64,000 nucleotides of DNA from an uncultured Methanomicrobiales archaeon (lineage in GTDB: Archaea; Halobacteriota; Methanomicrobia; Methanomicrobiales; Methanospirillaceae): contig OY969100.1 of assembly GCA_963697895.1 (NCBI GenBank), forward strand, positions 1,280,001 through 1,344,000. The letters run 5' to 3'. A program made the translations under genes and the position numbers. Shown in pieces: positions 21,265-31,716 of this stretch (positions are counted from its first letter, which is position 1; each line of letters begins with the position of its first letter). Below the pieces are notes generated by a model. It did not search any database. It saw nothing but the letters and a program-made list of their open reading frames with translations, and was not told the origin of the DNA.

Positions 21265-21798
21265 GCACCAATTGAGCGAGATGCTCTTTAACGTGGGTCG
21301 CCGTACTATTAAATTATTCTCTTTTTGTGTGTTCGAAGCCGGCATAAACCTGATTCCTGGCTTTATTTTCAGGGATCGTGACCAATGCAACGGGATAGAA
21401 CTGTTATCCCGTTGTGCATATCAAATCGAAGAGACGGGGGAAAAACAGGTTGATCCCTGGTCCCGGGGGCGCTTTCAGTGGTATGTTCTCCTCCCGGGAA
21501 GGCAGGGAACAATGTGGAAACATCTTCACCCCCGAGGGCCAGGATATTATCAAGAGTTATTTAGCGAGTATGGCGAGAGCGCAGGGAAAACAACTCGCCG
21601 GTCAACTCCCGGTGCCAATCCCCGGGAACCCCGACGTTATATATGGCAGACACTGAAGCAACCATTCGAATGCTTACCCTGAAGAAACCGATTATGCCCG
21701 TTTTCTCTCTCTTTTCCTTGAATCGACCCTAATCGATTCCATATAATTCCGGCAGGTTCATACCCGGGAGGACCTGATTACTGTATGGAGTAAGACAG

Positions 21799-22122
21799 AT
21801 GGTGGAAGAAAAAAAAGAACAGTTATTCGTCTATGAGCATAATGCCCGCAGATGGGAACTGCTCGTGCGAATCGTGTACTGGATCCTTATCGGCATTGTC
21901 ATAACGGTGTACGGTTTTATCGCATTCATCGTACTCTTCATCCAGTGGTTCGTCATCCTCATTCTCGGCAGGCGGAACGAGGGACTTTCAGATTTCGCGA
22001 AGGGATATCTGGAATACTACGTGCATGTGCTCAGTTACACATATATCATGACCGACAAACGTCCCCATATCCTGCCCGTCCCGGTGAAGATATTCGAAGA
22101 GGATATCCCGAAAAATGAGTGA
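21799..22122 (+). CDS. DUF4389 family membrane protein
   Basis: RWELLVRIVY, IQWFVILILGRR, SYTYIMTDKRP. Confidence 0.8.
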   Translation: MVEEKKEQLFVYEHNARRWELLVRIVYWILIGIVITVYGFIAFIVLFIQWFVILILGRRNEGLSDFAKGYLEYYVHVLSYTYIMTDKRPHILPVPVKIFEEDIPKNE

Positions 22123-22166
22123 TGCGACCCGGAAAGGGTCTCGCAGCATTCTTTTTGTTTCTGTTT

Positions 22167-23769
22167 TCAGATGAATTTGTCCGAGAGCTTGGCGAACTTT
22201 GCAGTGAATATACCGACCTTTGCCCGGATCTCGTCCATGACTTCGGGGGGAACCTCGCTGTCCACGTTCAGCACCATGATCGCTTCCTCCCCGGGATGGA
22301 TCCGGCCGACCTGCATCCCGGCGATATTGATTTTCGCCGCCCCGAGGATCGTCGATGCCCTCCCGATAACCCCGGGTTTGTCGAGGTGCCGGGAGACGAT
22401 GACGTATCCCTCCGGTATCATATCCATGGTATATTTGCCGATTGCGACGATCCTGCTCCTCCCCTTGAAGAAGACGGTGCCGCTCATCATCTCCTCTCCC
22501 TTATCGGTCTTCACCCGGATAGTGATCAGGTTTTTAAACCCGAGGGATTCGGGGGTGATCGTCTCGGAGAAGCTGATTCCGCGCTCACTTGCAATGAACT
22601 CGGCGTTGACGATGTTGACCGGGACCTGGAGGATCGGATCCAGAAGCCCCTTGAGGGTAAGCCGGGTGATGAACCGGGTATTATTGCTTGACTGCGAGAG
22701 CTCCCCGCCATAGATGATCTCGACCTTCTCTAATCTCCCCTCCGCAATCTGGATCAGGAACCGTCCCATTTTCTCAGCGAGAACCGCAAACGGCTCGACG
22801 AAGTCCTGCTGTTCCGGCGGGACAAGCGGGGCGTTCACGACATACTTCGCCGATCCTCCTTCCAGGACCGATATACACTGTTTGGCGATTGATATTGCGA
22901 CATTCTGCTGAGCCTCGACTGGTACTCGCCCCGAGGTGCGGGGTCGCGATCACCTGGTCGAGATCGAGGAGGGGTGAATGGATCGGCGGCTCCTCCTCAA
23001 AGACATCGATGGCGGCCCCGGCCACTTTTCCGGAAACAATCGCGTCATAGAGCGCTTTCTCATCGATGATCCCGCCGCGGGCGCAGTTGATGATACGGAC
23101 GCCGTCCTTCATGGTAGCGATGCTCCGGGCATTGATCACATGACGGGTCTCCTTGATCAGCGGGGTATGGACGGTGATGATATCCGAGACCCGGAAGAGT
23201 TCCTCGAGGGACATCAGGTCCACTCCCATCTGGGTGGCGCGGTCCGTGCTGATGAACGGGTCATAACCGGCGATATGCATTCCCATTACACTCGCCCTTT
23301 TCGCAACTTCCCGGCCGATTCTTCCGAGACCCACGACCCCGAGTGTTTTTTCGTTCAACTCTATCCCCATGAATTTGGATCGCTTCCATTGCTTCTGTTT
23401 CAGCGATGCATCTGCCTGGGGGATGTTCCGGGCAAGGGATAGCATCATCGCCATGGTATGCTCTGTGGCCGCGAGCGTGTTCCCTTCCGGGGCATTGGCA
23501 ACGATGATTCCCCGTCGGGTTGCGGCTTCCATATCGATATTATCCACACCGGCGCCGGCACGGCCGATAAATTTCAGTTTTTTTCCGGCCTCGATCACCC
23601 GTGCGGTCACCTCTGTCCCGCTCCGGACGAGGAGGGCATCATACTCCCCGATGAGGGCGACGATGGCATCCTCCGAAAGATCCGTCTTCACATCGACGTC
23701 ATACTTCTCCCGGAGGATGGCAAGACCTTCTTCCGCCAGCGGGTCGCTGACGAGTATTCTATCGCTCAC
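22167..23769 (-). CDS. serA: D-3-phosphoglycerate dehydrogenase with ACT domain; 1-bp insertion at ~22920 (probable sequencing error)
   Basis: GRAGAGVDNID, GLGRIG, INCARGG; removing one base restores the conserved TPHLGASTVEAQ; C-terminal DKPGVIG...INIAGMQVGR. Confidence 0.93.
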
Positions 23770-23821
23770 AATAAGACCCATACCATATCTGCTCCTCATC
23801 TATTCAATCGTTCTCTGCACG

Positions 23822-23840
23822 GGAGAGGAAATTCCTCTCC
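23822..23840. promoter_or_regulatory. 19-bp palindrome in the serA/ppsA divergent intergenic region
   Basis: ggagaggaa-a-ttcctctcc. Confidence 0.4.
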
Positions 23841-24067
23841 AGAGGAGGATTCGGGGATGTCCCCTTTAGGGTATTTGGAGAACGGCGCATCGACAGAACA
23901 AGCCCCGAAAGAGCTTCCTTTTGTGCCCGGTGATAGAGGCTGGCAGGAGGCAGTGCCGGGGGGGTATCGACCAGATCGGAATTTCGCAGAAATCGCCCGG
24001 CCAATCCTCCGGAGCAGCCGGTAAACAATATTAAAATCACATAAGGTGAGATCATAGTGGTGCGTGC

Positions 24068-26347
24068 ATGAAACAGGTGCCTCATATTTTATGGCTCGAA
24101 GAGATCCGGAAGGAGGATATCGTCGCTGTCGGAGGGAAAGGCGCATCTCTCGGGGAGATGTCTTCGATCGGGCTTCCGGTTCCACGGGCCTTTGTAGTCA
24201 CGAGCCAGGCATTTCGCGAATTTTTGGGGGTAACCGGGATTGAGGATACCCTTTTCAAAGACCTTGAGCGCCTGAATGTCGAAGACAACGAAGCACTGGA
24301 GAAGGCTGCAGATCGTGCCAAAAAAGCGGTCATGAAGGCACAGATGCCCGATGGGATCCGGGAGGATATCCGGGCGGCGTATCACCGGATGAGCGAGAAA
24401 GATCTCATTGTTGCAGTGCGATCGAGCGCGACCGCGGAAGACCTTCCCGATGCCAGTTTTGCGGGACAGCAGGAGACATACCTGAATATACGAGGTGAGA
24501 AGAACCTCCTTACTGCTGTCCAGAAGTGCTGGGCATCGCTCTATGGGGCACGGGCCATCTATTACCGCGCAAAACAGGGGTTCGATGACCGGAGCGTTAA
24601 TATCGCGGTGGTTATCCAGGAACTCGTGAATTCGGAGAAGGCGGGAGTCATGTTCACCTCTCACCCGGTCACCGGGGAGTCCCTGGCGATCATCGAGGGA
24701 TCCTGGGGGCTCGGTGAATCGGTTGTTTCCGGTTCGGTCTCTCCGGACAAATATGTCTTCGACCAGTGTTCCGGAAAGGTGGTTGACCGGTTGATCGGGA
24801 CGAAGCTCATCGAGATCGTCGCTGACGGAGAACATGGAACAAAGACGTTAAATGTACCGGAAGTCCGGCAGAAAGCGACTGTACTCTCCGATGCCGAGGT
24901 GACGCGCCTTGCGATGTACGGGAAGATCGCCGAGGATCATTATGGAACTCCCCAGGATGTGGAGTGGGGCATCGTAGGCGATACGATATACATTCTCCAG
25001 TCCCGGCCTATCACGACGATCAAAAACACGGGCGGAACACCGGCAACAGTCGAGGAAGGCCAGGGTGCCGTTATCCTCCAGGGTCAGGGGGCCTCACCCG
25101 GAATCGCATCCGGCAAGGTCGTGATCGTTGCGGATGCAAAGGATACCGGAAAAGTCCGGGAAGGGGATATTCTCGTGACACGGATGACCAATCCCGATAT
25201 GGTCCCGGCGATGCGGAAGGTAGCGGCGATCGTAACGGACGAGGGTGGTATGACCTGCCATGCCGCCATTGTAAGCAGGGAACTCGGGACACCGGCGGTC
25301 GTGGGAACGAAGCGGGGTACCGTTGTGCTCAAACAGGGTCAGCTGGTCACCGTGGACGGGGAGAGAGGACTTATCTACGAGGGGGCGATTGCAAAACCGG
25401 CATCACAGGCAGCAGCGGCACCAGTTCCCAGCGGGGGGGCACCGATCATCACGGCAACGAGCGTGAAGGTAAATGTGTCTATCCCGGACGCTGCCCAGCG
25501 GGCGGCGGCAACAGGCGCGGACGGGGTTGGACTTCTCCGGATCGAGCATATGATACTTGGTCTCAACAAGACCCCGGGATGGTACATCACGCAGCATAAG
25601 GAGGAAGAGTTCATCCAGGAGCTCTATCGGGGTATCAAAACGGTACTCGACGCCTTTCATGGCAAGCCGGTCTGGGTCCGGACCCTCGATGCCCCGACCG
25701 ATGAATTCAGGAATATGGCGGGAGGCGAGAACGAGCCGATCGAACATAACCCGATGCTCGGGTGGAGGGGGATCCGTCGCGATCTCCAGACCCCGGACCA
25801 GTTCCGGCTCCAGGTGGAAGCATTCCGCCGGCTCTGGGAACAGGGATATGACAACCTCGGGGTGATGTTTCCGATGGTCTCCCACCCGGACGAGTTCATA
25901 CAGGCCTGTGAACAGATGCAGCAATGGGGAGTCGACACCGACCGGGCGACCCTCGGGATCATGATCGAGATTCCGAGCAGCGCCCTCCTGATCCAGGATT
26001 TTATCGAGGCCGGTATTGCGTTTGCATCGTTCGGCACCAATGACCTTATACAGTACACCCTGGCGATCGATCGGAACAACGAGCATCTCGGGGATATGTA
26101 CAAGCCGAAGCACCCGGCGGTGCTCTCCCTGATCGATTTCGCGATAAGGGCGTGCAGGGAGGCAGGTGTTGAATGCTCGATCTGCGGGCAGGCCGGTTCC
26201 GATCCATCCATGGTGGAATGGCTCGTGGAGCATGGGATCACGAGTGTTTCGGCAAATATCGATGCCATATCCAAGATCCGCGAGGCGGTCGCCCGAACCG
26301 AACTGCGGATCATCCTCGATAGTGCGAGAACAAAGAATGCGGGATAA
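24068..26347 (+). CDS. ppsA: phosphoenolpyruvate synthase
   Basis: VGGKGASLGEM, AVRSSATAEDLPDASFAGQQET, GGMTCHAAIVSRE, NPMLGWRG, SFGTNDL, SICGQA. Confidence 0.96.
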   Translation: MKQVPHILWLEEIRKEDIVAVGGKGASLGEMSSIGLPVPRAFVVTSQAFREFLGVTGIEDTLFKDLERLNVEDNEALEKAADRAKKAVMKAQMPDGIREDIRAAYHRMSEKDLIVAVRSSATAEDLPDASFAGQQETYLNIRGEKNLLTAVQKCWASLYGARAIYYRAKQGFDDRSVNIAVVIQELVNSEKAGVMFTSHPVTGESLAIIEGSWGLGESVVSGSVSPDKYVFDQCSGKVVDRLIGTKLIEIVADGEHGTKTLNVPEVRQKATVLSDAEVTRLAMYGKIAEDHYGTPQDVEWGIVGDTIYILQSRPITTIKNTGGTPATVEEGQGAVILQGQGASPGIASGKVVIVADAKDTGKVREGDILVTRMTNPDMVPAMRKVAAIVTDEGGMTCHAAIVSRELGTPAVVGTKRGTVVLKQGQLVTVDGERGLIYEGAIAKPASQAAAAPVPSGGAPIITATSVKVNVSIPDAAQRAAATGADGVGLLRIEHMILGLNKTPGWYITQHKEEEFIQELYRGIKTVLDAFHGKPVWVRTLDAPTDEFRNMAGGENEPIEHNPMLGWRGIRRDLQTPDQFRLQVEAFRRLWEQGYDNLGVMFPMVSHPDEFIQACEQMQQWGVDTDRATLGIMIEIPSSALLIQDFIEAGIAFASFGTNDLIQYTLAIDRNNEHLGDMYKPKHPAVLSLIDFAIRACREAGVECSICGQAGSDPSMVEWLVEHGITSVSANIDAISKIREAVARTELRIILDSARTKNAG

Positions 26348-27437
26348 GGGTTGCCCGGAGGAAGAACTCTTCTCTTACCTCTTATCCCGAAAGAGTGAGG
26401 ACCTGGAATGCACGCATATCCTGTCTTCGATGTGCACGGTACCTCACCCGGTCGCGATCCGGGCTCACCGGATGTTTATAGGGACAAACCTGGGAGACCC
26501 GGGTCTTTTTCCGGGTACTGCGGGACTGGAACAGCGGCTCATTGAAGAGTTCGCTCAGCTCTTCCACCATCAGGGGGCCTGCGGATACGCGACGTCCGGC
26601 GGCACCGAATCGAATATCCAGGCGTTAAGGCTCGCAAAATCGCGGGGCAAAAAGTCCTCCCCGAATGTCGTCCTTCCGGAGTCTGCTCACTTTTCCTTCC
26701 AGAAGGCATGCGATATTCTCTGCCTGGAGATAAGGACCGTACCACTGGACGAGAACTACCGGGTGGATCTCGGGCAGGCTGAGGCGGCTATCGATGAACA
26801 GACCTGCTGCCTGGTAGGCGTCGCGGGGACGACGGAATACGGCATGGTGGATCCGATCCCGGAACTGGCCGATCTCGCGTCCGAGAATGATATCTTTTTC
26901 CATGTCGATGCCGCATTCGGAGGGATGGTCCTCCCCTTCCTCGATCATCAGGTTCCCTTCGATTTTTCCCTTCCGGGGGTCAGCAGCATAGCGGTCGACC
27001 CCCATAAGATGGGCATGGGCACCATCCCGTCCGGCTGCCTTCTGGTGCGTGATCCGGGGATAATATGCGAACTTTCCGTGGATACCCCGTACCTTACGGT
27101 GAAGCGGGAGTTCACCCTCTCCGGGACCCGCCCGGGTGCCCCGGTCGTCGCGGCACTGGCAGTGCTTGAGTTTCTCGGAAGGGAAGGTATGCAGGCCGTG
27201 GTAGAAGGATGCATGAAGAATACCCGGCGGCTGATCACCGGGATGGAGACGTTCGGAATACCCAGGGTTGTTACTCCCGATGTGAACGTGGCGACCTTTT
27301 CCACCGATGCGGAGATTCCTCTGCCATGGCAGGTGTCCCGTACCCGGCGGGGACACCTCCGGATAGTCTGCATGCCCCATGTGCATGCAGGGATCATCGA
27401 GGAGTTTTTACGCGATATTGGTGAAGTATATGCTTGA
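26337..27437 (+). CDS. mfnA: L-tyrosine/L-aspartate decarboxylase (PLP)
   Basis: [44 protein letters not shown]. Confidence 0.92.
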   Translation: MRDKGCPEEELFSYLLSRKSEDLECTHILSSMCTVPHPVAIRAHRMFIGTNLGDPGLFPGTAGLEQRLIEEFAQLFHHQGACGYATSGGTESNIQALRLAKSRGKKSSPNVVLPESAHFSFQKACDILCLEIRTVPLDENYRVDLGQAEAAIDEQTCCLVGVAGTTEYGMVDPIPELADLASENDIFFHVDAAFGGMVLPFLDHQVPFDFSLPGVSSIAVDPHKMGMGTIPSGCLLVRDPGIICELSVDTPYLTVKREFTLSGTRPGAPVVAALAVLEFLGREGMQAVVEGCMKNTRRLITGMETFGIPRVVTPDVNVATFSTDAEIPLPWQVSRTRRGHLRIVCMPHVHAGIIEEFLRDIGEVYA

Positions 27438-27978
27438 AAGACTGATTGAATCGCTGGAGACCTGCCCACTCGTGAAACGGGGGGAATATAACTACTTCAT
27501 ACACCCGATCACCGACGGCGTGCCGATCGTCGAGCCGGCACTCCTTCGCGAGGTCGCTACCGCGATGGTGAAGGCGCTCGACCTAGATACGATCGACAAA
27601 ATCGTCGTCTGCGAGGCGATGGGAATCCATATCGGAACCGTACTCTCCCTGATGACTGATATTCCGCTGAATATTGTGCGGAAACGGGAGTACCGCCTCC
27701 CGGGCGAGATTGTCATCGATCAGGCAACGGGGTATTCGCAGGGGAAGCTGTATGTAAATGGTATCGTAGAGGGCGACCGGGTCGTTATAGTCGATGATGT
27801 GATCAGTACCGGCGGGACCATCCGGGCGCTCCTGCCTGCCCTCGACCGGGCAGGGGCGGAGGTAGTGGACATTTGTTTTGCTATCCAGCGGGGATCCCCG
27901 TCCATCGGCAGGCCCTATAAATCCCTGGTGCGGATCGAGGTCACGGACCGGGTGCAGATCCTTGATCGATACTGCTGA
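27430..27978 (+). CDS. hpt: hypoxanthine/guanine phosphoribosyltransferase (archaeal)
   Basis: [37 protein letters not shown]. Confidence 0.9.
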   Translation: MLERLIESLETCPLVKRGEYNYFIHPITDGVPIVEPALLREVATAMVKALDLDTIDKIVVCEAMGIHIGTVLSLMTDIPLNIVRKREYRLPGEIVIDQATGYSQGKLYVNGIVEGDRVVIVDDVISTGGTIRALLPALDRAGAEVVDICFAIQRGSPSIGRPYKSLVRIEVTDRVQILDRYC

Positions 27979-28903
27979 CCTGATCCGGCAGCTCCGCGAA
28001 CGGGGGGCACACCGGGTTGCCCTCCAGCTCCCGGAAGGACTGAAGCGGCAGGCCATCGGAATTTCATCAACACTCCGGGAGGCAGGTTTCTCGGTGATCA
28101 TCGATGGGGATCCCTGCTATGGCGCCTGCGATCTGGCACTGGATGCCCTGGAATATGCAGACATCCTGGTGCACTTCGGTCACACCCCGCTCACCCCGCA
28201 TAAGGGTGTCCTGTATGAACCGTTCACGATGGATTTTGATCCCGCGGTACTGCTGCATGCCATACCTCTCCTTTCCGGAACATGCGTGGGTCTCGTGACG
28301 ACCGCACAGCATGCCCATATGGTTCCCGTTATGCAGCAATTTCTGAAGGAGCAGGGCATCACCTGCACGATCTCCCCTGGGGGAGGAAGGACACCGCTCC
28401 CTGCCCAGATCCTGGGTTGCTCTTATTACGCCGCCAGGGAGACCGGGGCCAGCGAGATACTGTACGTCGGGACCGGCGAATTTCATCCGCTCGGGGTCCA
28501 GCTCGCGACCGGTGCCCGGGTGGTTGCACTCGATCCCTACACCGGCGAGGCACGCGGGATCGACGCGTACCGGCTCCTGCGGCGACGTTTTGCCCTGATC
28601 GAGAAGGCAAAATCGGCTGAATCCTACGGAATTATCGTAAGCCTCAAGTCAGGACAAGGTCGGATGGATTTGGCCGAGCGGCTTGCATCGCTTCATCCAA
28701 AAGCAATCGTAGTAACGATGCGTGAAGTGAACCCGGAGCAGCTCATGAACTTAGGGTTTCCCTGTTATGTTAACACGGCATGCCCCAGGCTTGCTTTTGA
28801 CGATCAGGTCCGGTTTCCTGCCCCGGTTATCACCCCTCAGGAGTTTGAGATCGTCTGCGGGGTCCGGACCTGGGAGCAGTATACCATAGATGAGATGACC
28901 TGA
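27962..28903 (+). CDS. dph2: diphthamide biosynthesis enzyme Dph2
   Basis: [28 protein letters not shown]; TTG start inferred. Confidence 0.92.
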   Translation: MIDTADLIRQLRERGAHRVALQLPEGLKRQAIGISSTLREAGFSVIIDGDPCYGACDLALDALEYADILVHFGHTPLTPHKGVLYEPFTMDFDPAVLLHAIPLLSGTCVGLVTTAQHAHMVPVMQQFLKEQGITCTISPGGGRTPLPAQILGCSYYAARETGASEILYVGTGEFHPLGVQLATGARVVALDPYTGEARGIDAYRLLRRRFALIEKAKSAESYGIIVSLKSGQGRMDLAERLASLHPKAIVVTMREVNPEQLMNLGFPCYVNTACPRLAFDDQVRFPAPVITPQEFEIVCGVRTWEQYTIDEMT

Positions 28904-28904
28904 A

Positions 28905-29522
28905 ATGAGATTGCGGCAACTGGAGATCCTTCTTGAGGGGCTCGGGAGCTATCGGAATCCCGCACCACATCTGGAACAGTACCAGACCCCGGCCCCCCTT
29001 GCTGCCCGGCTGCTCCACCAGGCAAGTATGGAGGGAGAGATCAATGGCCGTTCCGTCTGCGACCTAGGGTGCGGGACGGGGATCCTTGCGATCGGTGCGG
29101 CAATACTGGGCGGCGATCCGGTATTCGGTATTGACATCGATGAGGAGGCGCTCCGGATCGCCCGCCAAAACGCTGTATCCAGCGGGGTGAATCCTGAATT
29201 CATCCAGGGTGATCTCAGGGACCCTTCCTTCATCGGTCGTATTCCCCGGTGCGACACCGTGGTTATGAACCCGCCGTTCGGTGCGCAGACCGCCCATGCA
29301 GACCGGCCGTTCATCGATGCTGCTCTCGACATCGGCCAGGTATGCTATGGGATATTTAATGCAGGCTCCCGGATCTTCATCGAGGGGTATGTGCAGGGAC
29401 GGGCAACCCTGGAGGAGGTGGTATCTGCCCGCTTCCCGATCAAACGGACATTCTCTTTCCATACCCGCGAGGTCCGGGAGATCGATGTCGAGATCATCAG
29501 GTTCAGACGGCGGGGATTATGA
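28905..29522 (+). CDS. METTL5-family RNA methyltransferase
   Basis: LEQYQTP, DLGCGTG, MNPPFG, FSFH. Confidence 0.9.
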   Translation: MRLRQLEILLEGLGSYRNPAPHLEQYQTPAPLAARLLHQASMEGEINGRSVCDLGCGTGILAIGAAILGGDPVFGIDIDEEALRIARQNAVSSGVNPEFIQGDLRDPSFIGRIPRCDTVVMNPPFGAQTAHADRPFIDAALDIGQVCYGIFNAGSRIFIEGYVQGRATLEEVVSARFPIKRTFSFHTREVREIDVEIIRFRRRGL

Positions 29523-30683
29523 CCGACCGGACGGTCTATACCCTCTCGCTCGCCCATATGGTCACCGACCTGTACCTCCCGGTAATCACCGCAATGCTGC
29601 CGCTCCTCATCCTTACCTACGGGTACAGCTATTTCCTCGCGGGCCTCCTGGTCACCGCATATAACCTCATGTCCTCATTCACGCAGCCGTTCTTTGGCTG
29701 GGCCTCCGACCGGCACGGGGTGCAGATCCCTATATTCATCAGTCTCCTGATTTCAGCGGTCTTTGTTTCGCTGATGGGTTTTATTGGCTCCTATCCCCTG
29801 CTCCTGCTTTGTGCCGCCCTGGCCGCGATAGGACATTCGTCATTTCATCCCGCGGCGCTCTCGATGGTGAGCCGGCTCGCGAGCAATGTCAACCGGGGTA
29901 AGATAACCTCGATCTTCGTTGTCGGGGGAAACCTTGGCTATGCCCTCGGCCCGCTCCTCGCCGGGTTTGCCCTCGCCGCCGCCGGTCTCCCGGGGGTTGC
30001 CCTGCTTGTTATCCCCGCTCTCGTCGTGGCAGTTATCCTGAAATGGGTCATGCCGGCGCTCCGGGCACGATCTCCCCGTGAAGTGCAGAAAACCCCTTCT
30101 GTCTCAGGGTACCTCCGCAAAAAGAGCGTTGATGGTCCTGTTTTCCGCATCGACGGTCCGGGCATGGGCGGCATTTGCGGCGATCGCGTTCCTTCCTCCA
30201 TATCTTATCCAGGAGGGTTATTCGCTCCTCTCTGCAGATCTCCTGGTTTCCGGTATGCTCCTTGCAGGGGTTGCCGGCCAGATCATCGGCGGGATCCTCT
30301 CCGACCGGTACGGGAGAAAGGAGTTCGTGATCGCGGGGCTTCTCCTCTCCATCCCTCCGTTCCTCCTGTTCCTCTTCTCGGGCGGTGTTATCCAGATCGT
30401 CAGCCTCGTCCTTTTCGGGTTCACCCTCTGGTCCAGCTTTGCGATCACGGTGGCGATGTCCCACGAGATCATGCCGGAACAGATCGGGTTTACCTCCGGC
30501 CTCATGATCGGAGTCGCCATCGGAGCCGGGGGGATCGGCGTTGCGATCAGCGGTATTCTTGCAGACGCATTCTCTCTCCGTGCGGCACTCCTCATGCTCC
30601 CGATCCTCATCCTCGCGGCGGCGGTCCTGGTCGGTATAATGCATTATCCCTGGAGGAGCGGGCGGGTCCATGCAGCCGCATGA
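29519..30683 (+). CDS. MFS transporter (Fsr-like); 1-bp insertion near 30107-30112 (probable sequencing error)
   Basis: LAHMVTDLY, QPFFGWASDR, FHP, GGNLGYALGP in the first frame; second half (GGILSDRYGRK) continues in the +1 frame. Confidence 0.85.
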
Positions 30684-30800
30684 GCAATTACGGGGAAATT
30701 GTTGATTAAACCAGGAAATCCGGATAATGTCGATGCCCATTGCCGGGTTGGTCCACGGCCTCTTCGGCTCGTGGGCTAATCTGCCATACCTGGATCCTCC

Positions 30801-31514
30801 TCATTCGTGACCGGCGCTTTGGGCCGGGACAGGGGTCCGTGCCTTTATCCGGTGCCACTGAAGGGCACGGACGATATCCCGGTTCACGAGCCACCACATG
30901 AACGGGGTCAGGACCAGCACAACCACCGCGAAGCCGATGTCGTAATCGAGCAGGAAGTTGAAGAGCCCGTGGAAGAACATCGCGGTAAAGAGGCCGGTGA
31001 GGATAACCCGCCGGCGCTGTGAGGTCGGGAGGAATTTTGCTCTTCCGAGGGCATCTCCCCAAATGATAGAGAAGAGGGCGTGGCCGGGCACCGAGATCAC
31101 CGACCGGAATACGCCGGTGGTGATCGCCCCCGTGATATCTGCCGACGAAAAGACATAGAGGACGTTCTCGAGGGTGGCGAACCCGAGCGCGGCCGCGGCT
31201 GCATACACGATCCCGTCCACCGGCTCATCGAATTCGGGTGAATTGTAGACCGTGTGACGGACGACGGCATATTTGGAATATTCCTCGATGATGGGTGCAA
31301 CGATAACGGCGATGGCAAATGCGGGTACGAAGAGCCCGATCAGTCCTTCGGTGAGGCCGACGGGGATCGTGATGGCGAGTCCGAGGAGATAGACGTAGAC
31401 CACCCAGGAGAGCGGCTCGGGTTTTACCTTATCCCGGTGATAGAAGTACCAGAGCCAGAAGATGCCGGGCGCTATCGCAAGGACGATGAAGGGAGCGACC
31501 GGGAGGGAGGCCAT
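30801..31514 (-). CDS. PrsW-family intramembrane glutamic protease
   Basis: EEYSK, DGIVY, GFATLEN, GHALF, FHGLFN motifs. Confidence 0.88.
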   Translation of the reverse strand: MASLPVAPFIVLAIAPGIFWLWYFYHRDKVKPEPLSWVVYVYLLGLAITIPVGLTEGLIGLFVPAFAIAVIVAPIIEEYSKYAVVRHTVYNSPEFDEPVDGIVYAAAAALGFATLENVLYVFSSADITGAITTGVFRSVISVPGHALFSIIWGDALGRAKFLPTSQRRRVILTGLFTAMFFHGLFNFLLDYDIGFAVVVLVLTPFMWWLVNRDIVRALQWHRIKARTPVPAQSAGHE

Positions 31515-31627
31515 GGTGTGAGTAGAGAGACAATTGATATAATAATCTTTTTATTCTGACTTTCAAAAGAAAAACGAAAATAAACCTGACGATTTCAAAA
31601 CTGCCGCTCCTCGTCCATTCACAATCT

Positions 31628-31642
31628 GAAAAGGTTTATTAA
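31628..31642 (+). promoter_or_regulatory. BRE-TATA promoter of the giant repeat protein gene
   Basis: gaaaaggtttattaa about 75 bp upstream of the ATG. Confidence 0.5.
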
Positions 31643-31716
31643 TTGGTCAGACAAAAGGAGAGTGTTACCATCATTGGACCGTTCATCGGGCAATACCTAA
31701 TGGGGTGAAGGTATCT

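Noticed and set aside
23796-24185. 129-aa minus-strand ORF upstream of serA
   Set aside because: It overlaps ppsA antisense, has non-coding-like composition and spans the divergent promoter region
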